The notes under the pieces: generated by a model | The model's input: only the letters and a program-made list of their open reading frames with translations | What the model was told of the DNA's origin: nothing | The model's database searches: none | Program-made: the position numbers and the translations under genes | In this document: positions 14,679 through 26,313 of the stretch, piece by piece | Layout: each line of letters begins with the position of its first letter | Position numbering within the stretch: the first letter of the stretch is position 1 | NCBI GenBank assembly: GCA_951406725.2 | Contig: OX597829.1 | Span: forward strand, 26,350,001 to 26,414,000 | Source: Octopus vulgaris | Taxonomy: Eukaryota | Direction: 5' to 3' | Length of the DNA: 64,000 bases

Positions 14679-14976
14679 TCTTTATATATAAAAATGAAGT
14701 TGTGTGTCTGTCTACTCCGATTTAGATTCCTAACTACTCCCACATTTTGCGGAGCAGTTTAACCAAAAGCGGGTATCTTATAGTCGTGATTCATATCGAG
14801 CCCTTCTGGGTATTAGCGCGCGTCTACGATGAGTCTACGATTTACAAAAAAAATTTACCATCATTTTTGCGCATTTTTAATGATTTTTGCTCGGTTTATA
14901 TAAGGGAAGTAACTCTTTAAAATGCTTATACAGTTATTTCCCTTACAAACCCGAGCAACGCCGAGCGATACTGCTA

Positions 14977-14977
<1 letters not shown>
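14679..14977 (+). mobile_element. Non-autonomous Helitron (~300 bp)
   Basis: 5' TC (tctttatatataaaa), subterminal GC hairpin-like cccgagcaacgccgagc, 3' CTAG; inserted between A and T with no TSD. Confidence 0.8.
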
Positions 14978-15039
<62 letters not shown>

Positions 15040-16042
15040 CAAATTGAGATAGGAGTTGTAAATGCAACCCTCCATGGGATAACATATATCCAATATACTG
15101 CTAGTGAAGTACCCAACAAAGTTAATACATAAATGTTAAGAATTGTGATGCAATTAATTCTTAATTAATTCTTATTTTTCTTATACGTACGAGTACGCAA
15201 ATGCTTATTTAAATGTGTATATAAGTATATGCGAATGTTTGCAGATGCAGTGCATGAGAGTGTATATGTATATGTGCAGATGTGCGCGTGTATGAGCGTG
15301 TGTGTACAAATGTTGGTATAGTTTTTCCCATGCCTACACTGGTGTTGTAGAAATCTAACGCTCTCAACAAACCAACCGTAAGGAAGACAATGGTAATTTA
15401 AATTCAAATCCACAAGCCAATCATATTTTAGCGCTAGATCCGCATCTATTTCTGAAAGTAATAGTGTATTTATGTCACAATGAAAATTATAAACTTGAAC
15501 TCGGACGTAAATATGTGCACCTGTGGATCTTAATGTAGTGTAAACAGAATGCTTGTACTTCATATTTCGTATGTATATGCGGATATTTAACACTTTGCAT
15601 GGTATTGTAGTACTATTGTGACTATATTGATAATAATAGAATCTATGTATTGTTTTTCTAGTATTAGCGTTATTAATAATAATATGAAGGATGATATTGA
15701 TAGCATTAGTGGTAATGACAAAGATAATGATGCTAACATTAATGACATTTTGGAAATTAATAAGAATTAATATAATGTACTCCTGACTCTGTATATCTGC
15801 CTTTAGGTATTAATATGTGTCTGTTTTTCTACATTGTAATTATCACAATATTAAGTTGAAAAACTGTAACATTGAATGTGGAACATATGTATGTTTATTA
15901 ATTTATATTATTCATATCATTATGTATATGTATATTTATATGTATAAGAGTATGAGTATATGCACTCATATGTATATGTATATGTTTTATTATGGGTATG
16001 TACCCACACCTGTATAAGTATGTATGTAATCTGATTTGTATC

Positions 16043-16176
16043 ACATAATCTCCGAAGAGGCCTTAGGATATTTTTGTAAATGTCTCATTTATAACTACAT
16101 ATTGACCTACCATAAACGGCTAATATAAGTAAAATGAGACATACTTATCTACATGGCCGAAACAGCTGTAAGATGT
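16043..16176 (+). ncRNA. Type I hammerhead ribozyme with long helix II
   Basis: aucu CCGAAGA ggcc...(augucucauuu/aaaugagacau inner stem)...ggcc GAAA CAGCUG UA agau; palindromic helix III. Confidence 0.72.
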
Positions 16177-16431
16177 AGTCTATATTTATATTTATAAGTA
16201 CTTATATTTACATTCTCTTATACATATTCTACTTATTGTATAACATTACTCTTTTATGTACACTCCTTTATGTACACTGTTTTGTTCTACATTATTATGT
16301 TTAACCTTATAGTTTCTTATGTGGTGGTTTAATAAAGTATGTGATTGAGTATTATCTGGTAATTGATATTTGATTTCGATGTATTTCTCCATTTTCTTAT
16401 TTTGCATATATATATATATATGTATGTATGT

Positions 16432-16475
<44 letters not shown>

Positions 16476-16826
16476 GTTTAAGAACATTTGTACTCTTTCA
16501 TGAATAAAAAATTGATGAACTCAGCAGGCTTAAGTAGATGTATATGAGAATTAAAAACTAAAGATATAAAGTACAAATTAAAATGGGAAATAATATGTAA
16601 AACGAAATCATATAGAATAGGTAATGAATTTTGTCTTCTGTGTACACACAAATTTATGGAAATATTAAAAACTAAAATAAGAGTGATCAACACACAGAAT
16701 GAACGAAAAATTAAATGTAAACATAACTTGAATTACCTATTTAATAAGATGAGGTAACATTAGATTCGTTAGAAAATAAATAAAACCCTAATTTTAAATT
16801 TAAAAAATTAATCATAATACTTAGAT

Positions 16827-17059
16827 ATAATTAATAATCATATTTTATTATTTAGTATAACCGGAATATATCTAGTTATTTATATAAAAATGTAAGAAAA
16901 CATTTAATTAAATTCTAATTTCAAATATTTTAGTTTTAATAAATAATTAATAATCATATTTTATTATTTAGTATAACCGGAATATATCTAGTTATTTATA
17001 TAAAAATGTAAGAAAACATTTAATTAAATTCTAATTTCAAATATTTTAGTTTTAATAAA
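16827..17059. repeat. 116-bp tandem duplication in very AT-rich sequence
   Basis: ataattaataatcatatttt...gtataaccggaatatatctag... occurs twice; ccgg at 16861 and 16977. Confidence 0.9.
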
Positions 17060-17736
17060 AAATTCTAGTATAATATTAGATGATATTATTCTAAATTTTT
17101 AATCTTGATTTAGAAACTCAATTTTAAGAGTAACGTCAATTTTAAGAATAATAGTATAATCAATATATATATTTATATTATAATTATAAAAATTATAAAA
17201 AATTAGATTTTTACTGATTTTTACTGACTTTTAATAATTTCAAAATATTTTAAAATATTTTATAATCATATGTTTAGTAATTTAGTTTACCTATTACCGA
17301 TCTAGAAATTTAATTATTTATTAAAGTTAACATATAAATATAATAAAAGAAAGTAGACTATTCCCATCATACATTCACTTCCGGCTTCTCCTGATTTATT
17401 ACTATTCACTTCCCTTACACGGTAAATATAAAATATAGAAAATACCTTTTAAGAACTTTTAAATGTTAAAAAGAATTATCTCCCCTATACAGTAGCTCTC
17501 AATGTTGGATTATACGATTGCGTCATTTGGTAGCCATGTTTAATTCGCGGAGAGAAAATTACCATACAGATAAGTTAATATTTCTTTTTCCTAAAATTTC
17601 TTTTTTTCCCTCTATTTTTATTCTACATTTCTATTCCTTATTTACTAAAGTAAATTTATTCCGACAACTTCTAGTTATATAATTTTAGCTTGTCATGTCT
17701 TTATATAGGATGTAAATAGCAAAAGAAGTTCATATA

Positions 17737-17849
17737 ATCTAGACCTGAAGATTTGCATTATAATCGTTTTAATATGGTATTGTATTTCGAGACGTTGTAT
17801 TTCAGCAATATTGAGGAATATTTTGTCATGAAACGCGCGTAGTTTATAT
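17737..17849 (+). ncRNA. Type I hammerhead ribozyme, helix II degenerate
   Basis: uagac CUGAAGA ... GAAA CGCGCG UA guuua; helix I pairs and helix III is palindromic, but helix II closing pairs are broken. Confidence 0.55.
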
Positions 17850-18084
17850 AATGTAAAGAATATGATTTAAAATAAGAATTGTAGATATTAATTTTAATAA
17901 TTTTTAATATTTAGTCCTATATGTACCTATCGTGGATAACGTCGTTCAATGATGATTGAGTTGCTTGAGGGTGATTCTGTCTCTTAAACCTATCTATATG
18001 TATGTATATAATACAGTGAGTAATTCATTTTAGTTCCACTAAATTGAACTTCTCTCCCCTGTGGATCGGAAATAACTTCCCTAA

Positions 18085-18159
<75 letters not shown>

Positions 18160-18161
<2 letters not shown>

Positions 18162-18626
18162 GACCTCCTTCAGTCATGAATGTCCATGGGATTGCACCTA
18201 GAAAGTTACCCTCTGAGGTACAAGTCTGAGCAAGGTTGTTTATGGAAGACCAGCAGTCGACCACACATACCAGCCTCCCCTCTTCATGCCACCGATGGAA
18301 AGACAAAGGGAAAGACAAAGGGAAAGACAAAGGCCGATACAGCTTGGCACCAGTGACGTCGCAGCCCATTTATTAACGTGCAAGTGGCTGAGCACTCCAC
18401 AGACACGTGTACCCTTAACGTAGTTCCCGTTACACAGAGTGTGACAAGGCTGGCCCTTTGAAATGCAGGTACAACAGAAATAGGAAGAAAGAGTGAGAGA
18501 AAGTCGTGGTGAAAGAGTTTTAGGTGTTTTCGCTCAATCAAAACTCACAATGCCCGGTCTGGGAATCGAAACCGCGATCCTACGACCGCGAGTACGCTGC
18601 CCTAACCAATGGGCCATTGCGCCTCC
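18160..18626 (-). mobile_element. tRNA-derived SINE (family B)
   Basis: Minus-strand head ggaggcgcaatggcccattggttagggcagc...ggtttcgattcccagacc with A and B boxes; the body is unrelated to family A. Confidence 0.75.
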
Positions 18627-18649
18627 ACACACACACACACATATATATA

Positions 18650-19400
<751 letters not shown>

Positions 19401-19591
19401 AAATTTCTTGTCATACACATAGGCGCGCGCACACATACATACAAATGTATAAAATTCAGTCTTGCTAGACATCGGAGAAGCCAACATAAACGAGGAAGTA
19501 TAAAAATAAAGAATTATTCGGAAATGACGAGGAGGCGACGACGATCTGTATGTGTGTTGGGTGGGATGGGGTGGGGTGTGTGTATACACAT

Positions 19592-19611
19592 TAACAATAA
19601 CAATAATACTG

Positions 19612-19657
<46 letters not shown>

Positions 19658-19740
19658 CAACAACAACAACAACAACAATAACAATAACAATAACAATAAT
19701 AATAATGATAATAATAATGATAATAATAATAATAATAATG

Positions 19741-19817
<77 letters not shown>

Positions 19818-19892
19818 AACAATAACAATAATAATAATGATAATAATAATAATAATGATGATAATAATAATAATAATAATGATAATAATAAT

Positions 19893-19947
<55 letters not shown>

Positions 19948-19957
19948 TGATGATGAT
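19592..19957. repeat. Compound (AAT)/(AAC)/(GAT) trinucleotide microsatellite
   Basis: Directly visible; source of the poly-N/I/L ORFs. Confidence 0.97.
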
Positions 19958-20180
19958 GGTGGGGGGACAAACACATACACGCATACACACACAAACATAC
20001 ACACACACACACGTACATACATACACACACAGATATATATATATATATATATATATATCAACAATAAAGGAACGGCCATAATAGGCCATTCACCCACTAG
20101 AAATAACAGCCAAAGCTTCAACCGCAAATAAAAGTTAATTCAGTAAACCAGGAGAAAATTAAAAAAACATTTACCCTGTA

Positions 20181-20287
20181 ATTTCTTATACGATATACCG
20201 TTTCATCTGCTGATTAATGGTAAACTAACCTGATTAAATTAAATCAAGCCAATCTTCCACAGGCCCTCAGATTCTTCAGTAAGAAAT
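20181..20287 (-). ncRNA. Type I hammerhead ribozyme (array copy 1)
   Basis: Reverse complement of the motif at 22059-22165. Confidence 0.88.
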
Positions 20288-20673
20288 AGCCCAAGACGGA
20301 ACAGATATTTTCACGAGGCATTTCCGACGTTGCCAAGTTTATATCTGACCTAAAATTTTCAAATCGTCGCACTCGCGCCAAATTTATCGGCAGCAAATAA
20401 ATATAAGCCGTCGATTCCATTACGGAATTAACCAGAAAATTCATAATTAATCAATATAGGCTGCCAAAAAAAATTTTGTAGAATTCTTTTGCCACCAGCG
20501 GCCTAGTAGGAAAAAATTAAAATAGTCATAGACCATTTTTAAGTTCAACATCAACAATAAAGGAACGGCCATAATAGGCCATTCACCCACTAGAAATAAC
20601 AGCCAAAGCTTCAACCGCAAATAAAAGTTAATTCAGTAAACCAGGAGAAAATTAAAAAAACATTTACCCTGTA

Positions 20674-20780
20674 ATTTCTTATACGATATACCGTTTCATC
20701 TGCTGATTAATGGTAAACTAACCTGATTAAATTAAATCAAGCCAATCTTCCACAGGCCCTCAGATTCTTCAGTAAGAAAT
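20674..20780 (-). ncRNA. Type I hammerhead ribozyme (array copy 2)
   Basis: Reverse complement of the motif at 22059-22165. Confidence 0.88.
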
Positions 20781-21166
20781 AGCCCAAGACGGAACAGATA
20801 TTTTCACGAGGCATTTCCGACGTTGCCAAGTTTATATCTGACCTAAAATTTTCAAATCGTCGCACTCGCGCCAAATTTATCGGCAGCAAATAAATATAAG
20901 CCGTCGATTCCATTACGGAATTAACCAGAAAATTCATAATTAATCAATATAGGGTGGCAAAAAAAAATTTGTAGAATTCTTTTGCCACCAGCGGCCTAGT
21001 AGGAAAAAATTAAAATAGTCATAGACCATTTTTAAGTTCAACATCAACAATAAAGGAACGGCCATAATAGGCCATTTACCCACTAGAAATAACAGCCAAA
21101 GCTTCAACCGCAAATAAAAGTTAATTCAGTAAACCAGGAGAAAATTTAAAAAACATTTACCCTGTA

Positions 21167-21273
21167 ATTTCTTATACGATATACCGTTTCATCTGCTGAT
21201 TAATGGTAAACTAACCTGATTAAATTAAATCAAGCCAATCTTCCACAGGCCCTCAGATTCTTCAGTAAGAAAT
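21167..21273 (-). ncRNA. Type I hammerhead ribozyme (array copy 3)
   Basis: Reverse complement of the motif at 22059-22165. Confidence 0.88.
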
Positions 21274-21657
21274 AGCCCAAGACGGAACAGATATTTTCAC
21301 GAGGCATTTCCGACGTTGCCAAGTTTATATCTGACCTAAAATTTTCAAATCGTCGCACTCGCGCCAAATTTATCGGCAGCAAATAAATATAAGCCGTCGA
21401 TTCCATTACGGAATTAACCAGAAAATTCATAATTAATCAATATAGGGTGGCAAAAAAATTTTGTAGAATTCTTTTGCCACCAGCGGCTAGTAGGAAAAAA
21501 TTAAAATAGTCATAGACCATTTTTAAGTTCAACATCAACAATAAAGGAACGGCCATAATAGGCCATTCACCCACTAGAAATAACAGCCAAAGCTTCAACC
21601 GCAAATAAAAGTTAATTCAGTAAACCAGGAGAAAATTTAAAAAACATTTACCCTGTA

Positions 21658-21764
21658 ATTTCTTATACGATATACCGTTTCATCTGCTGATTAATGGTAA
21701 ACTAACCTGATTAAATTAAATCAAGCCAATCTTCCACAGGCCCTCAGATTCTTCAGTAAGAAAT
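21658..21764 (-). ncRNA. Type I hammerhead ribozyme (array copy 4)
   Basis: Reverse complement of the motif at 22059-22165. Confidence 0.88.
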
Positions 21765-22058
21765 AGCCCAAGACGGAACAGATATTTTCACGAGGCATTT
21801 CCGACGTTGCCAAGTTTATATCTGACCTAAAATTTTCAAATCGTCGCACAATATATTGATTAATTATGATTATTATTTAATTGATTAATATATGATTAAT
21901 TATGAATTTTCTGGTTAATTCCGTAATGGAATCGACGGCTTATATTTATTTGCTGCCGATAAATTTGGCGCGAGTGCGACGATTTGAAAATTTTAGGTCA
22001 GATATAAACTTGGCAACGTCGGAAATGCCTCGTGAAAATATCTGTTCCGTCTTGGGCT

Positions 22059-22165
22059 ATTTCTTACTGAAGAATCTGAGGGCCTGTGGAAGATTGGCTT
22101 GATTTAATTTAATCAGGTTAGTTTACCATTAATCAGCAGATGAAACGGTATATCGTATAAGAAAT
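22059..22165 (+). ncRNA. Type I hammerhead ribozyme (array copy 5); predicted cleavage after GUA at 22157
   Basis: Helix I auuucuua/uaagaaau (8 bp perfect); CUGAAGA; helix II aucug/cagau enclosing ~58 nt with inner hairpin gauuggcuugauu/aaucagguuaguu; GAAA; helix III ACGGUAUAUCGU (near-palindromic); UA. Confidence 0.9.
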
Positions 22166-22550
22166 TACAGGGTAAATGTTTTTTAAATTTTCTCCTGGTT
22201 TACTGAATTAACTTTTATTTGCGGTTGAAGCTTTGGCTGTTATTTCTAGTGGGTGAATGGCCTATTATGGCCGTTCCTTTATTGTTGATGTTGAACTTAA
22301 AAATGGTCTATGACTATTTTAATTTTTTCCTACTAGGCCGCTGGTGGCAAAAGAATTCTACAAAATTTTTTTGCCACCCTATATTGATTAATTATGAATT
22401 TTCTGGTTAATTCCGTAATGGAATCGACGGCTTATATTTATTTGCTGCCGATAAATTTGGCGCGAGTGCGACGATTTGAAAATTTTAGGTCAGATATAAA
22501 CTTGGCAACGTCGGAAATGCCTCGTGAAAATATCTGTTCCGTCTTGGGCT

Positions 22551-22657
22551 ATTTCTTACTGAAGAATCTGAGGGCCTGTGGAAGATTGGCTTGATTTAAT
22601 TTAATCAGGTTAGTTTACAATTAATCAGCAGATGAAACGGTATATCGTATAAGAAAT
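22551..22657 (+). ncRNA. Type I hammerhead ribozyme (array copy 6)
   Basis: Same as 22059-22165 with one substitution in the helix II insert. Confidence 0.9.
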
Positions 22658-22880
22658 TACAGGGTAAATGTTTTTTAAATTTTCTCCTGGTTTACTGAAT
22701 TAACTTTTATTTGCGGTTGAAGCTTTGGCTGTTATTTCTAGTGGGTGAATGGCCTATTATGGCCGTTCCTTTATTGTTGATGTTGAACTTAAAAATGGTC
22801 TATGACTATTTTAATTTTTTCCTACTAGGCCGCTGGTGGCAAAAGAATTCTACAAAATTTTTTTTGCCACCCTATATTGA

Positions 22881-22933
<53 letters not shown>

Positions 22934-22964
22934 GGCGGGCTTCTTTCAGATGATGATGATGATG

Positions 22965-23175
22965 ATCTTTTTTCTTTCACTTGTTTCAGTCATTTGACTG
23001 CGGCCGTGCTGGGGTACCGCCTTCAAGGGGCGTAAGGAATCGACTCCAAGGTTTAATTTTTTAAAGTCTAGTACTTATTCTATCGGTCTTTTTTGCCGAA
23101 CAGCTGGTTTACGGAGACATAAACACCCCAACATCGTTTGTCAAGTGCTGGTGGGGAACAAACACAGACACAAAG

Positions 23176-23237
<62 letters not shown>

Positions 23238-23400
23238 TTACGACGTGATACTTTCAGTTTCCGTGTACCAAATCCACTCATTAGGCTTTGGTCGGCCCGA
23301 GGCTATAGTAGAAGACACTTGCCCAAGGTGCCATACAATGGGACTGAACCTAGGACCATGTGGTTGGTAAGCAAGCTTTTTACCATACTGCCATGCCTGC
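22965..23400 (-). mobile_element. SINE family A
   Basis: Reverse-complement homology with an internal (CA)n. Confidence 0.8.
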
Positions 23401-23409
23401 CATATATAT

Positions 23410-24260
23410 ACAGAGTGTTCGAGCTAAATTTAAGTTTGCGTAAAAGGAAATGAAAATACGATAGCCCATTCTAAAATAAAAATATTTTCTTAAAGAAACA
23501 AAGAAAAGTATCATTAAGATTATAACTCAAAGAAACCGCCCTCAGCTTCCACCACGGTCTCAAAACATCTCCTGAACCTTGGCACATACATTGTTCATCA
23601 TGTCTCAGGGGAGATTATCGAACATTTTCATTTTGGTCAGTAGTTCGGCCTTGATATTGCAGTCAGAGCAGTTTGGAGTCTTTCTCAACTGCGCCCCATA
23701 GATAGTTATTCGTGAGGTTACAAATCGGGGAAATTAAATAAGAAACAGGAGTTGGTGAAGCGGTAGAAATTTTCCGACAACCTCTTTTGACTTTTTCCGG
23801 GGGGTAACGCAGGAAGCCGAATCCTACTGCTACACATGGCTTTCCAACAGCAACCCTCTCTCATGGGAGTTTGACCACAGTCTCCTGCAGCTACACATAG
23901 CCGTCTGAATTAAACCTAAGGCCCTATTTGTAGATTTGGGGATTGAATTTCGATGTGGGGACGCCTGCTGTGTCACATCCTGCTGGCCACGGCTTTGTAG
24001 TCTCCGTTGCAACTGTCCATGTCACGTCAAATTGCCTTTACAATGTTCACAGAGCATTGAGCAGCAATCATGATGTTAACATTTTTATACCCGGCGCTAA
24101 TCATCCTGATACAGGTAACTCTTTTCTAATATTCGGATGGCTTCCAGTATTCCATGTTAGCTAACTTTTTCTCAGCTACAACTTTAACCTTTATGCACTC
24201 CAACGCTGTTGACTTTTCACCAGTACATCAAGCTGTTCTTTAAAAAATATATTTTAATTA
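23410..24260 (-). mobile_element. Tc1/mariner-superfamily transposon remnant; related pieces at ~48170-48390 and 49860-50460
   Basis: TA + cagagtgttcgagctaaa terminus; minus-strand QxDSA and SP.....NYLWGAVEKD catalytic-region motifs, degenerate. Confidence 0.65.
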
Positions 24261-24436
24261 AACTTAGCACGCGCGCGCACACACACACATACACATATAT
24301 ATAAAAACAAATGTGCATATATATATATATATATATATTTATATACCCACATACACATATGTATGTGTGTGAAAGAAAGTGAGAGTGAGAGTGAGAAAGG
24401 GAGAGAGAGAGAGTGTGTGTGTGTGTGTGTGTGCGC

Positions 24437-24474
<38 letters not shown>

Positions 24475-24704
24475 CTGTGTCTGTGTATGTGTATGTCTGT
24501 GTTTTTATACATTATCTTTTACTGGATTCAGTTATCAGACTGTGGTTATGCTTGGGTACCGTCTTGAAGAATTTCAGTCGAACGAATCGACCCCTCTCTC
24601 TCTATACACGCGCACACACACTCACACACGTATAATATATACATACATACATGCATACATACATACATACATACATACATACATACATACATACATACAT
24701 ACAT

Positions 24705-24739
<35 letters not shown>

Positions 24740-25312
24740 TACATACACACACAAATATAAATGATGTGAAAAAACAAGGTGATCCAGGGAAATGGAATAA
24801 AATACAGTCCGGCTAAAATAGAAGATAGGAGGAATGGAAATATAAAGAGGCAAAAATGAATGAAAAAAATATAAGTTAAAATAAAACAAAAATTAGTTAT
24901 GGTTTCAAATTTTAGCTCGGGGTTAACAGAGGTGCTGGATATCGACCCCCCCCCCCCAGTACCAGACTCGAAAGAACGAAAGGTACAGTCGGCCCCTGTG
25001 GAATTGGAACGAAATTCCGTTAGGCATTTTGTCCGGCGTATTAGGTAGTGCAAAGAAAAATAATAAAAGTAGAAAGAGGGCGAAGTCAATAAAAATAGTG
25101 TGAAATCAATGAAATGGAAGTTTTAAGAAAATAATTTTTTATAACGTAAGGTGTACTAGCCATCTGAATGTGGCTAGCCACTGGGGGTGGGGTGTTACTG
25201 ATGCTTTTAGCCCCAGGCGATCAACGTCACCAGATGGACTTTATACACTATCTCAGTGCCCTTGTGTTATTTGCAAAGGGAGGTCATCCTCCCTCGAGGA
25301 CCTAAGTACTAC

Positions 25313-25355
25313 ATACGGACTATAGTTTCAAGGTAATTGCCTCTCGTCAACGCAT
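25313..25355 (-). ncRNA. Type I hammerhead ribozyme (C3U variant)
   Basis: augcg UUGACGA gagg-caauua-ccuu GAAA CUAUAG UC cguau; all three helices pair, palindromic helix III, GUC site. Confidence 0.78.
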
Positions 25356-25568
25356 GGTAAGCACCGGTCTTCGATGAAGGAGTCTCCATACGCTCGACAA
25401 CGTAAGGTGTACTAGCCATCTGAATGTGGCTAGCCACTGGGGGTGGGGTGTTACTGATGCTTTTAGCCCCAGGCGATCAACGTCACCAGATGGACTTTAG
25501 ACACTATCTCAGTGCCCTTGTGTTATTTGCAAAGGGAGGTCATCCTCTCTCGAAGACCTAAGTACTAC

Positions 25569-25611
25569 ATACGGACTATAGTTTCAAGGTAATTGCCTCT
25601 CGTCAACGCAT
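25569..25611 (-). ncRNA. Type I hammerhead ribozyme (C3U variant), second copy
   Basis: Identical to 25313-25355. Confidence 0.78.
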
Positions 25612-25769
25612 GGTAAGCACCGGTCTTCGATGAAGGAGTCCCCCTGCAAATAATATATAATGTTTTTCACAGCAACCACTGTCACTGATTTAGAAAAACT
25701 GTCTGAAAGCAATAATAAATCTCTGAACGAGATATAAACAGTAACCGCTCGACAAGTTATCCTTTATAT

Positions 25770-26150
25770 CTCATAGAGTTCTTGAATGTGAATTTTACTT
25801 TATGCTTACAATTGACAATAAGTTCTTTACGTTTATTAAGGTTTCTTTTTCTGTGTCTGCGAAGAGAATTTCGAGGGGCTCACAGACACAGAGTTTGCCA
25901 AATCTCTCATAACTGCTATAGCCAGAGTGGACCATTTAAGTTAATAGTTAATGTTTTGGGAATTGAGCGAGTGAATGCCTTCAGCTAAGGAGTTATTAGA
26001 TTTTAAGTTAACATTACAAAAAGTATGTATATGAGTTGAGATTCTGAGCTTCACGGCTTAGTGATGGTTCCGATGTAAGATTTAGTTGTGGAGCCGGTAG
26101 TTTTCACACACACATTAAACGGTTTTAAATATTAGCATATGTAACTCGTA
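25770..26150 (-). pseudogene. Penelope-like GIY-YIG endonuclease C-terminal fragment
   Basis: Minus frames: SLAEGIHSLNSQNINY*LKWSTL, KLCVCEPLEILFAD..TLNKRKELIVNCKHKVKF, matching the CxLC..EK / LNKRSEL..KCRH tail. Confidence 0.75.
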
Positions 26151-26196
26151 CTAAATGTGTTGAGTGGCTTTCTTTTTTTTGTTTATCCACTCATGG

Positions 26197-26227
<31 letters not shown>

Positions 26228-26268
26228 TGTATGTATGTATGTATGCATGTATGTATGTATGTATGTAT

Positions 26269-26313
<45 letters not shown>

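Larger units (their letters stand above)
20057..21849 (-). mobile_element. Tandem array of a ~493-bp HHR-containing unit, ~3.6 copies (retrozyme/pLTR-like)
   Basis: atcaacaataaaggaacggcc recurs at 20057, 20550, 21043, 21534; copies nearly identical; one hammerhead per unit. Confidence 0.93.
21893..22885 (+). mobile_element. Inverted tandem array of the same unit, 2 copies (period 492)
   Basis: atgaattttctgg at 21902 and 22394; reverse complement of the left array; ends in (AT)n. Confidence 0.93.
25143..25640 (-). repeat. 256-bp tandem duplication (Penelope pLTR-like), one hammerhead per copy
   Basis: aacgtaaggtgtactagcc at 25143 and 25399; near-identical; lies directly 3' of a Penelope GIY-YIG C-terminus. 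Confidence 0.88.

Noticed and set aside
18545-18626. Functional tRNA gene
   Set aside because: A/B boxes are present, but the sequence runs into a SINE body and lacks a proper acceptor stem and terminator.
20244-22594. Repeated 66-aa ORF MNFLVNSVMEST... (5 identical copies) as a protein gene
   Set aside because: Identity simply reflects the young repeat; no recognisable motif, and it overlaps the ribozyme. Translation from a circle cannot be excluded but has no support here.
20057-22885. CRISPR array or ordinary satellite
   Set aside because: No unique spacers or cas genes and the context is eukaryotic; the inversion and one ribozyme per unit argue against a plain satellite.
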